Shown here piece after piece: positions 7,551 through 16,122 of a stretch of 64,000 bases of DNA. Origin of the DNA: a virus. The notes beneath the pieces are model-generated. The model was not told the origin of the DNA. It saw only the letters and a list, made by a program, of their open reading frames with translations, and did not search any database. The stretch is from the IMG/VR virus record IMGVR_UViG_3300023199_000127, positions 1 through 64,000 of that record. The stretch is one strand, 5' to 3'. The translations under genes were made by a program, and so were the position numbers. The first letter of the stretch is position 1; each line of letters opens with the position of its first letter.

Positions 7551-10268
7551 ATGAAGGGCAACTTCTACAAGGCCCTGTTCGGCACCCTGGACAAGCCTGT
7601 CGGGCTCAAGAAAGACGGCAGCGCTCTCTACCAGATCATTCACGGCATCAGGCGCCCCAATCGCTGGGCGCCTGGTGCCTTCGAGGCCATGAAGCCTGAT
7701 CATCCTGGCTTCCCTGGTGGTCGTGCCCAGGAGTACTTCCTGGACCTTGAAACGCAGGGTTTGCGTACGTCTCGTTGGGACCGGTGGCTGGGCGTCCCTG
7801 CACGACGCGATATCGACGCTCTGGAGCTCTCTCAGGTGTCTTTCGCCCGGAAGACCACTAAGGGGCTTGAATTCATCCTGGGCGATGCAGAGGGCCAGCA
7901 GAAGGCCTTCACGGACATCATCAACCCCGAGCTACTGCAGCAGCACAAGATCGGCTCGGTTGATGACCTCGCCGGCAAGCACGCCAGTCCATTTCTCAAT
8001 GCTCTTTCCCAGCAGAATGTGAAGGGGTACTGGGACTCGGCTATCCACGTCGAAGGGAATACTCTGCGTGGTGTGCTCGAGAGGCATGTGCAGCATGTGG
8101 TGCAGGGCGGTGAGACCCAGAAGTCCATCGGCTATGTCGACCAGATGCTCAGCACTATGCTGAAGGACATCGACTCTGGTGAGAATGTGCATCTATCTGG
8201 TTGGAACGTGGGATTTGACTGGGGTCGTATTCGTGAGGTTGCGCAGGGCGATGAGAGGGTGATGCGCAAGGTGCGCCGTCTCATGACTGCTCAAGCCCAG
8301 GGCACGTTCAAGATTCAGGATAAGTCTCGACATTTCAAGTCCATGGTCTGGGACGCTATGGTCGCAGATCCCTCGGTTGTTCCCTCATTCACCGACTATG
8401 CCAAACTCGAGCAAGTTGTGAAGAAGGGTGGGGACCCGAAGCACGCACTTGTGGAACACAGTGCGATGCGGGACTTTATGGACGTGATGTCCGAATCAGA
8501 TGATGCCATGCGGCAAAGCCGACTGCACAGTCGGTTTACGGACGCGCTAGAGGCAGGGGCTGATCCTCACCTTGCCCAGGAGCTCACAGAACGTCTATCC
8601 GGTGTGCGTACGTATGCAGACTGGGAAGAGGCAGCCCATGGTCTAAAGCAGACTGACGACCACACCAGGGCTCTCAGGAACCTGTTTGAGAGGGGATTCA
8701 AGCCTCATGGTGGCAAGATGTCCACCAGGCATATGTCGCTCCTCGGCGCCGCCGGCCGCGGCGACGGGGTGCTAGACACGGGCTTCTCGTTCGTTCTCGG
8801 CTGGAAACAGGAGAACGTGGCAGAGGCCCTAGTAGATGTTCTCCCGGAGACTCAAGCGAATGAGCTTCGCGAGCTCATGAAGCGTGGTGTGCACGACTCT
8901 GATATCGATGTCCTTCTATCCGAGCAGGTTGGTCGTCATCTCGAAGATATCGCTGCAGCTGGGCCGAACGATACACGGTTCAAGGCCCTGATCGGGAACA
9001 CTATCCAGAATACGGATGCAATGGCCTCGGATGTCTCTGCCCGCATGCAGCTGATGCTGCAGCTGAAGAGAGAGGTGGCCAATGCACAGGCAAACCAGTC
9101 CATGGATGCTGCTCGTGCCATCAACAAGGTTGATGACATGAAGGGCAATAAGGGTATCTGGTTGGCCGGTATGATGGCGGCTTCCGGCTTGTACATGTTG
9201 CAGTCCTGGAATCAGAGTCCCGAAGAGATCGAGGTGCGTACACCCCGAGCGGTGCGGCAGCCTACGAGCTACTGGGATCAGATCAGTGGTATTGATCCCT
9301 CTCAGCTACATAAGGCTAATGTCTCCGATTTCGGATCTGGCCGTGACGTTTTCACTCAACTCCTTGGAGGTAGCTACTCCCCTAATATTGACTGGGTGCC
9401 TGCCTCCGCATTGGGCATGCGGGGCAAGCAGCTGGATAGTGCTTTGGGAGAGTACGAATCTGGTCACTACCAAAATACAGCTGGTCCTGGTACCCCCTCT
9501 AGGTTCCAGGAAACGGTCATGCTTGGTAACTACTACCACAGCGTGGCTACGCACATGTTCGGAGATGCTATTGAAAGTATCGAGTATCCTGTGCGAGATC
9601 CTTACCTGAAGGTGTCTGGCCGTGTTGATGCTGTTCTCAAGTCTGGTATTCCTCTGGAAATCAAGACTGTGGAGACCGCCGAGGATGTAATGCAGATGCG
9701 TGAGGGAAAGCCCACACACGTGTCACAGGCTAACTTCTACGCATATGCTCTCAATCAGCCGTACGCCTACCTGGGTTACTTTGCACGTGACAATCCCCAG
9801 GTTTTCCGATTCTTCCGAGTACCGGTCGATCACAATCGTTTGATGCAGGACTATGCCGCTTCCCAGACATCTCTTGGCGAACTGCGGGATAAGGGGATGA
9901 CCTCCAAGGTACGTAAGGACTTCCAGTCTATCCCTGACCGTATCTACCACGATTTCATGCCCTTTAGTGAAGAGGGTGTCCACTACGTAGACCACGATCA
10001 TATGGTCATGCCTGGCGTGGCACCTGGGGCCTTGAACCCCATCCCCGCCATGGACAGGCCCGGTGATTTTGCCCATCTGCTGCGTCAGAGGTTCCAGAAC
10101 ATGGGCTATGGTGGGTTTGTCCAAAATGCTGGTAGAATGAATAAGAGCAAGATTGCGGACAAGTTCCGCCGTTCTGCGGATGCGAATCCTGCTATGAGAC
10201 CGTTTGTTCGTACTACTACCCGTCGTACCGGGGTGCACGCATCTCGGGTGGAGGCCTGCGCATGCTAG
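7551..10268 (+). CDS. 905-aa protein with an N-terminal DEDDh (DnaQ-like) 3'-5' exonuclease domain and a C-terminal PD-(D/E)XK (RecB/Cas4-like) nuclease domain
   Basis: ExoI DLET (7743), ExoII NVGFD (8205-8219), ExoIII HDSDID (8892-8909); GRVDAV..LEIKT (9627-9665) plus QANFY. Confidence 0.75.
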   Translation: MKGNFYKALFGTLDKPVGLKKDGSALYQIIHGIRRPNRWAPGAFEAMKPDHPGFPGGRAQEYFLDLETQGLRTSRWDRWLGVPARRDIDALELSQVSFARKTTKGLEFILGDAEGQQKAFTDIINPELLQQHKIGSVDDLAGKHASPFLNALSQQNVKGYWDSAIHVEGNTLRGVLERHVQHVVQGGETQKSIGYVDQMLSTMLKDIDSGENVHLSGWNVGFDWGRIREVAQGDERVMRKVRRLMTAQAQGTFKIQDKSRHFKSMVWDAMVADPSVVPSFTDYAKLEQVVKKGGDPKHALVEHSAMRDFMDVMSESDDAMRQSRLHSRFTDALEAGADPHLAQELTERLSGVRTYADWEEAAHGLKQTDDHTRALRNLFERGFKPHGGKMSTRHMSLLGAAGRGDGVLDTGFSFVLGWKQENVAEALVDVLPETQANELRELMKRGVHDSDIDVLLSEQVGRHLEDIAAAGPNDTRFKALIGNTIQNTDAMASDVSARMQLMLQLKREVANAQANQSMDAARAINKVDDMKGNKGIWLAGMMAASGLYMLQSWNQSPEEIEVRTPRAVRQPTSYWDQISGIDPSQLHKANVSDFGSGRDVFTQLLGGSYSPNIDWVPASALGMRGKQLDSALGEYESGHYQNTAGPGTPSRFQETVMLGNYYHSVATHMFGDAIESIEYPVRDPYLKVSGRVDAVLKSGIPLEIKTVETAEDVMQMREGKPTHVSQANFYAYALNQPYAYLGYFARDNPQVFRFFRVPVDHNRLMQDYAASQTSLGELRDKGMTSKVRKDFQSIPDRIYHDFMPFSEEGVHYVDHDHMVMPGVAPGALNPIPAMDRPGDFAHLLRQRFQNMGYGGFVQNAGRMNKSKIADKFRRSADANPAMRPFVRTTTRRTGVHASRVEACAC

Positions 10269-10834
10269 GCAAGCTTTCTGGTTTCACCTCATACTTTGGC
10301 CGTCAGGGTCTGGGCAAGACCCTTTTGCGTGGTGCTGCATCCATGAACCCCATTGATATCGCTCGAGGTGTCGGCGCAAGAGGCGCTGGCAACCGAGAGA
10401 CATCGATGGGTACCCACTTCATGAAGCAGGTAGGCGCTACTATGCGCGGCGCCGGTACCACGTGGAAATCTGCTCGTCAGAAGGGCATGGGATTCACGGA
10501 TATGGCCAAGCACTACTGGAAGGGTCACAACCTCTCCGATGTGGCTGCTGACTTGGGCGTGGAAGGCATGCGCCGTACTCCCAAGGGTGATATCCGACGG
10601 AACATGTTTGTCAGGCGCACTGTGCTTGGCGCCATGGGCGCCAGCACAGCTGCCAGCTACATGATGGGTAGTGACAACGCTGTATCCAACACGGTTGGTT
10701 TTGCCCAGCAGGGATTGGTTCATGCTGGGGTGAGTGCAGGGCTTGGTGCGTACAAGCCCGGTCTTGGTGCCGCCTACGCCGGGTGGGCCGGACTCAACAT
10801 GATGCGTCGTGGCGATAACTTTGGACCTTTCTAA
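10262..10834 (+). CDS. Gly/Ala/Met/Arg-rich basic protein, probable internal virion (ejection) protein
   Basis: Composition, amphipathic/hydrophobic C-terminal segments, position next to the terminase. Confidence 0.7.
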   Translation: MLGKLSGFTSYFGRQGLGKTLLRGAASMNPIDIARGVGARGAGNRETSMGTHFMKQVGATMRGAGTTWKSARQKGMGFTDMAKHYWKGHNLSDVAADLGVEGMRRTPKGDIRRNMFVRRTVLGAMGASTAASYMMGSDNAVSNTVGFAQQGLVHAGVSAGLGAYKPGLGAAYAGWAGLNMMRRGDNFGPF

Positions 10835-11679
10835 TGCTTGGTAAGTTGCTTGGTAGTATCTCGCGCCAGAGAGGCGTGCAACGTGATCTAGCCAATATGG
10901 CTGCTTCGGGAAATCGTGGCCGTATTGGTCGCTTCCTTATGGGTAGTAAGGAGATTGCTAAGGGCACCTCTAAGTTTGTGCCTGGTGCTACTCGAGATAT
11001 CGGCAAGTCTGTTGGATGGTATGCCGGTGCTGGAGCTCTAGAGGAACTTGGTGAGCGCACTGAGAACGACAAGGTAGCCGGCCTGACTGGTGTGGCCTCA
11101 TGGTACATGCGCACACGCGGATTCCGTTCTGCACTGCGAGCCCCTCTGCAGGGTGTTAGAGCAGCCTCCAGTGGGCGCATTCGTGGTGCCAGTGACTGGA
11201 TGATCAAGAAGTACAACCAGGTAGCTTATTGGCCTGACCGAGCTATTGCTGGCGTGGCAAAGCGTACCCCTGGTGGTGCAAAGAACTTCATGCTTGGCTC
11301 CAGGACCAATCGTGTACCTGGCCCCTTCCGGCCGATCTACGGTGCCGCAGAGGTCATGAGCTCCGTGGTGGGTGGCTCAATGGACCGTTTGCGCTACGGT
11401 CTCCGTACTCCGACAAATCGAGGAGTGATGGGTCGGCTCATGCGCGCTAAGCATCCCTACTGGGGTGCTGTGGGTATGGGGGCTGCACTGGGTGCTACGC
11501 GCAGCGTTCAGCAGCGCGAGCACCTTTCTGGGACTAATAAGTGGTATGCAGCTCCCAAGGGTGGAATCAATCCTAGTAATTACAGATCCATCACGTTTGA
11601 AAACTCGCGTGGATATCGTCGCACCACAATGGGTAGCGACCGTATGTCCCAGCGCATGGCCAGTGGGGGGATGCGCTAA
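10834..11679 (+). CDS. Gly/Ala/Arg-rich basic protein, probable internal virion protein
   Basis: Same composition as its neighbours; TAATG coupling on both sides. Confidence 0.7.
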   Translation: MLGKLLGSISRQRGVQRDLANMAASGNRGRIGRFLMGSKEIAKGTSKFVPGATRDIGKSVGWYAGAGALEELGERTENDKVAGLTGVASWYMRTRGFRSALRAPLQGVRAASSGRIRGASDWMIKKYNQVAYWPDRAIAGVAKRTPGGAKNFMLGSRTNRVPGPFRPIYGAAEVMSSVVGGSMDRLRYGLRTPTNRGVMGRLMRAKHPYWGAVGMGAALGATRSVQQREHLSGTNKWYAAPKGGINPSNYRSITFENSRGYRRTTMGSDRMSQRMASGGMR

Positions 11680-12401
11680 TGCACGGTCCCTATCAGGGTC
11701 TCACCATAGACGATGGTGGTGCAGCCAATCAGGAGATGCATTTCCTGGATGACTTCGGTCTGGGCTGGGCTGGTATCCCGCTGTATATGGCCACAGAGAT
11801 GATGGTTGGTCGCATGACTGGCGGTAAGGGGATGGCCAAGATCCTCCGGAAGAGCCAGAAGGCTGCCTACCGTTCTCTCACTGGAGTGACAGGCTTTGGG
11901 CTCAAGGAGCCCGGTGCAGGATCTGTGCATAGGTTTAATGTCCATGCTAGTGCTGCACAGAGGAGTGGACAACTCCCCCAAGAAGCACGTCGCTATATGC
12001 GCCTTAAGAAGGACCTAAAGGGCTCAAGACTCTTGCGTGGTAAGGGTAATGTTGCCGAAGCTTTGATGCAGAAGGGTGGGTCATTGCGCAACATGTCCCA
12101 AAGCTATGGACGTGGTGCAGCAGCCAAGATCTATGGTGCAGCTACAGCTGGCCGACTGGTGAGAGGTGCCGCTGTAATTCCCTTGATGCATGCCTTTGTC
12201 GGCATGGGTAGGTCTATGGCAGAGTCCATTATGGATTGGGAACCTCAGCAAGCTGATGATCCCCGTGTGCAGTTCGGTGGCTACTACGCTGATACGCGTA
12301 CGGCGATGACACAGAGGCAGGCGTCTATCCAGGCTATTCACAACTCTGGAATTGCAGCAAGGAGTGCGCTTGCCAACGAGGCTGCTCACATCCATAGCTA
12401 A
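11679..12401 (+). CDS. Gly/Ala/Arg-rich basic protein, probable internal virion protein
   Basis: Composition; C-terminal TQRQASIQAIHNSGIAARSALANEAAHIHS; TAATG coupling. Confidence 0.7.
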   Translation: MHGPYQGLTIDDGGAANQEMHFLDDFGLGWAGIPLYMATEMMVGRMTGGKGMAKILRKSQKAAYRSLTGVTGFGLKEPGAGSVHRFNVHASAAQRSGQLPQEARRYMRLKKDLKGSRLLRGKGNVAEALMQKGGSLRNMSQSYGRGAAAKIYGAATAGRLVRGAAVIPLMHAFVGMGRSMAESIMDWEPQQADDPRVQFGGYYADTRTAMTQRQASIQAIHNSGIAARSALANEAAHIHS

Positions 12402-12940
12402 TGCCCCAGCTACACCCTAATACCATGGTGTACGACGGAGTGAGAGCTTGTCGTGCACGCGAGCTTGGTTCCCCCTATGACTCTTTCCATGCTGTGAAGG
12501 TCGAGACTCATTGGCTGCCGGAAATACGATGCGACGGACGTACGTCATTTACGACGTATGATGGCCAGGTAGCAGCAGAGGATCTAGTGCCGGGGCACTG
12601 GCTGAAGATGCCCCGGCACCAGTTTGATGGCCATACACCCCTGGTGGCTCCTGAGCATCGTGGCACTGTAGATACACATGAGGCTTTCTATACCTTGATG
12701 CGCATGTTCAGTGAGGGGCCGGCTAAGCTTCTGGACATGGATGACTCAGAAATACCTGAGTGGCGAACTAGCAAATGGCTCCCTCTTCCGGTAGATGAGA
12801 GCATGGTGAGATATCACACTGCAATGGTCCGCTGGGACGAAAACGCTTGGTGGTTCCGTGTTTATGCGGTACAAAATAGTGTGGAGCCCCTGGTGTCCGT
12901 GGGTGATTCATACACGATGGCATACGGGATTTTGCTATGA
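12401..12940 (+). CDS. Free-standing Hint/intein-like protein lacking catalytic residues, 179 aa
   Basis: QLHPNTMV resembles block A; VAAEDLVPGHWL resembles WIPASEVVPGDWV in the adjacent intein; WFRVYAVQ..SYTMAYGILL resembles blocks F/G; no Cys1, TxxH or terminal HN. Confidence 0.6.
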   Translation: MPQLHPNTMVYDGVRACRARELGSPYDSFHAVKVETHWLPEIRCDGRTSFTTYDGQVAAEDLVPGHWLKMPRHQFDGHTPLVAPEHRGTVDTHEAFYTLMRMFSEGPAKLLDMDDSEIPEWRTSKWLPLPVDESMVRYHTAMVRWDENAWWFRVYAVQNSVEPLVSVGDSYTMAYGILL

Positions 12941-15900
12941 GTGCAGGTAAGGATGATGTCTTTCTGGATCCCAATTACAACGACTTGGGACTTCCGTATA
13001 TCCCCGAGAGGGATTACCGAGGGAGAAGGTACGAACCCTTTGGCCCTCCGGACAAGGATAACAAGCGGCTCCACTTCTGCACGCAGTGCCAGCTTTACTA
13101 CAGGAAGCTGCACCAAAAAGGCATTACCACCAAGTTCTGTCAAACCGCCAACAATGGGCACTCCTTCCTACCGAATTGTGCCGGCGACGCTTCTCAGCTC
13201 GCCGACGATTTGACCATTGAAGACTTTGATGGGGACGTTGAGGAATACAACGCTGCGGTCATCAATGTGGATCCTGTGTCTTGGGCTGAAATCGAGTTTG
13301 GTTGGAAGGCTCGTTGGTACCAGAAGGAAATGCTGCGTTGTACTTCGCAGTTCAAGGCCACGCGTGCTGGCCGTCGTGTAGGCAAGACCGAGGCGATGGC
13401 AGTCAAAACTCTACACGCTGCCTGGACCAATAAGGGCTTTGAGGTCCTCATCATTGCACCCTACCAGCCGCAGGTGCAGAAGGTTTTCGAGATGATCCGA
13501 CGATTCCTGTCGGAATCCGTCTCCATGAAATCCTCTATTGATATTGATCGTGAATCACCCTTCCAGCAGATCACGCTCAACAACGGTTCTACCATCCGCG
13601 GATTCTCTTCGGGCGCCAGAACCGGTGCCAAGTCTGACAAGATTCGTGGTCAGACTGCCGACCTGATTATCCTGGACGAGGTGGATTACCTGGCGGACGA
13701 TGACATTGAGGTCATCGCCGCTATCCTGGCATCAGAGCCTGACACTAATATTATGGCATCCTCCACTCCAACTGGCATCCGCCAGAAGCTGTGGAGCTGG
13801 TGCTTTGAGGCTGGGACCCCTGTGATGACTTCGACGGGTGAGCGTCCGATTGAGTCCCTGCGGATCGGGGACGAAGTCTTAGGCTGTTCTGGTATCTCCG
13901 AGAAGGTCACGCAGGTTTTCGACCACCACTACCGTGGCCAGATGGTCGAACTGAGCTTTAAGAAGCTCAGTCGAACGCTCAAGAGCACCGCGGAACATCC
14001 TCATCTGGTCAAAAAGGGGCATTGCTCTCCGAAGTGGATCCCGGCATCTGAGGTGGTCCCTGGAGACTGGGTTGGCCTGACTCTTCCGCGCCAGACGCAC
14101 TGTAGGATTCCTCGTCCGGAATTCCAGACGGAAGAAATGGGGTTGAGCCGTTCGGAACGGCCCGACGCTATCTCGAAGATCTTGCGCGACGGTGGTCGCG
14201 GACTTGCCGACGATCGTCGTGGGCAGTCCTACGAGAAGGCCCTTCATGCTTTGGACTGGGTGGAACGGGATCGAGACAGGATCAAGCGGTTTCTTCGTAT
14301 TGTCGGCATCTTTGCCGGAGAGGGGTCCTATCTTGCCGATGGTCGCGGTCTTTCCTTGGTTTTCCGTCGTGATGAACAGATCGGGCAGGAGGTGCGACAG
14401 TTCTTCGATCTCATGTCTAATGCTGTTGGAGGTGGCAAGACGAAGATCGACACCCTGTCCAATGGCCGTGGTGAGTGGGATCAGATTACTGCCCCTGGTA
14501 GCTATCTTCCCCTGATTATGGACCATCTCGTGGGCAGGGGCTGCGCCACGAAGCGATTCCATGATTGCCTGATGACCCATGAGCTGCGCGGCTATCTTTT
14601 CGAGGGGTACATGGACGCAGATGGCCATGAGCGCAAGAATGGCTCGTTGGCACTGATTACGAAGTCTCCCGATCTTGCTGATCAGACTCTGCGTCACTAT
14701 GCCTCTTCGGATGCTGCGGTCTCCTGTAAGGAGCGGGAAGACTATTGGGAGGTCTATGTTTCTCTGAATCCCACCAACCAGGTGAAGTGGTTCGAGGGCA
14801 TGCCTTTCTACATGGTCGAGGACATCGTTTTCTCCGAGTTCGATGGCAGGGTCTATAACATCGAGACTGGATCCACGCATACGTACTCGGCCAATGGGTT
14901 TGCTACGCATAACTGTATCGACAAGACACAGCGGTTCAAGGAGTTCTGGTTCGTCTCCTCTGAGTCCCCGGCGTGGACTTCTGAGACCGAACATTTCTTC
15001 AAGTCGCAGTACTCCAGCTCTGGCTACATGCGAGAGTTCAATGCTGAGTTCGGCATGGAGGCTGTGGGTGTCTTCCGAACCGATGATATCCAGACGGCTA
15101 TCAAGAAGTTCCAGTACAAGGACTGCAAGTACCACGAAGAGTGTAAGTACGTTATGGGAGTGGACTGGAACCATCCTGTAACTGGTACTCATATCGTGGT
15201 TGTTGAAGCCCGTATGAGCGCCCAAGATGGTCTTAGGTATCGTTGTGTCCATAAGGAGATCGTTCGCAAGAATCAGTTCTCTCAGCACTTTGGTGTTGAG
15301 CGCATCATGAAGCTAATGAAGAAGTGGCATGTGGACTACTGTTATGTCGACGCCGGCTATGGTGAGGTACAGGTGGAGATGCTGCACAAGTACGACGTGG
15401 ACCACAAGTCAGAACGCACCCAGTTCCGCAAGAGGGTGAAGGCCGTGAATATGGCCCAGAACGTATTGATCAAGGACCCTGGTACGGGCATTGATATCAA
15501 GAAGCCTGCTAAGCAGTTCATGGTCTCTGTCTTCGCAAAGGACATGGAAGAGAATCGTGTGGAGCTTTCGTACGTCGAGGATACGCAGACCCGTATCCTG
15601 GAGGACGAGCTGGGTATGGCGGACATTGGTATTGTCCAGCAGATGCGCAACTTCAAGGTGGAGAAGATCAGTCCCACTGGCATCCCCAGGTATTCCGATG
15701 GATTTGAGCACACCCTAACTGCTCTCATGTTGGCACACATGGGCTTTGCGCTTGAGATGTCTGACATGCGTATGGTTCGTCGCACGTCTCGACCCGTAGC
15801 CCAGGCTGGTGGCCTGGGCGAAAAGGGTCCCTCAGACCAAGAGAGATCCCAGATTAAGCGTGATCGCATGTTTGATCGTGACAGATTGGCGCCGGCGGAT

Positions 15901-16122
15901 CGTGCTGAAAAGATGGGAGAGAACGTCCGCAGGCACGAAGATTACGAGAAGGAGAAGGAGCTCTGGGAAGCAAACAATATGGAGCCGGTAATCCATCCCG
16001 AGAGTGAAGAGGAAGAAGCTCGACAAAAGCCCAAACGTCGTCGTACCATGAAGGGCATGGGAGTCATCAAGCGCCATAAGCGTCGCCGCGGTACTAGAGG
16101 CGGTGGCAGGAGTACTTTTTAG
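12937..16122 (+). CDS. terL: Terminase large subunit interrupted by an intein (1061-aa precursor, 690 aa spliced)
   Basis: Walker A RAGRRVGKT, Walker B LIILDE, motif III SSTP; RNase H-like nuclease motifs GVDWN and YVDAGYG. Confidence 0.95.
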   Translation: MSAGKDDVFLDPNYNDLGLPYIPERDYRGRRYEPFGPPDKDNKRLHFCTQCQLYYRKLHQKGITTKFCQTANNGHSFLPNCAGDASQLADDLTIEDFDGDVEEYNAAVINVDPVSWAEIEFGWKARWYQKEMLRCTSQFKATRAGRRVGKTEAMAVKTLHAAWTNKGFEVLIIAPYQPQVQKVFEMIRRFLSESVSMKSSIDIDRESPFQQITLNNGSTIRGFSSGARTGAKSDKIRGQTADLIILDEVDYLADDDIEVIAAILASEPDTNIMASSTPTGIRQKLWSWCFEAGTPVMTSTGERPIESLRIGDEVLGCSGISEKVTQVFDHHYRGQMVELSFKKLSRTLKSTAEHPHLVKKGHCSPKWIPASEVVPGDWVGLTLPRQTHCRIPRPEFQTEEMGLSRSERPDAISKILRDGGRGLADDRRGQSYEKALHALDWVERDRDRIKRFLRIVGIFAGEGSYLADGRGLSLVFRRDEQIGQEVRQFFDLMSNAVGGGKTKIDTLSNGRGEWDQITAPGSYLPLIMDHLVGRGCATKRFHDCLMTHELRGYLFEGYMDADGHERKNGSLALITKSPDLADQTLRHYASSDAAVSCKEREDYWEVYVSLNPTNQVKWFEGMPFYMVEDIVFSEFDGRVYNIETGSTHTYSANGFATHNCIDKTQRFKEFWFVSSESPAWTSETEHFFKSQYSSSGYMREFNAEFGMEAVGVFRTDDIQTAIKKFQYKDCKYHEECKYVMGVDWNHPVTGTHIVVVEARMSAQDGLRYRCVHKEIVRKNQFSQHFGVERIMKLMKKWHVDYCYVDAGYGEVQVEMLHKYDVDHKSERTQFRKRVKAVNMAQNVLIKDPGTGIDIKKPAKQFMVSVFAKDMEENRVELSYVEDTQTRILEDELGMADIGIVQQMRNFKVEKISPTGIPRYSDGFEHTLTALMLAHMGFALEMSDMRMVRRTSRPVAQAGGLGEKGPSDQERSQIKRDRMFDRDRLAPADRAEKMGENVRRHEDYEKEKELWEANNMEPVIHPESEEEEARQKPKRRRTMKGMGVIKRHKRRRGTRGGGRSTF
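13801..14913 (+). mobile_element. Intein (371 aa) with a LAGLIDADG homing endonuclease in TerL
   Basis: Starts CFEAGTPV; block B STAEHP; IVGIFAGEGS and FEGYMDADG motifs; ends VYNIETGSTHTYSANGFATHN followed by Cys+1. Confidence 0.95.

Noticed and set aside
9500-9800. Cas4-like domain as evidence of a CRISPR-Cas system
   Set aside because: No repeat-spacer array, no other cas genes and no Fe-S cysteine motif; PD-(D/E)XK domains are common in phages
13879-15288. 469-aa antisense ORF over the intein/TerL
   Set aside because: Antisense shadow of a well-supported gene; no independent motifs
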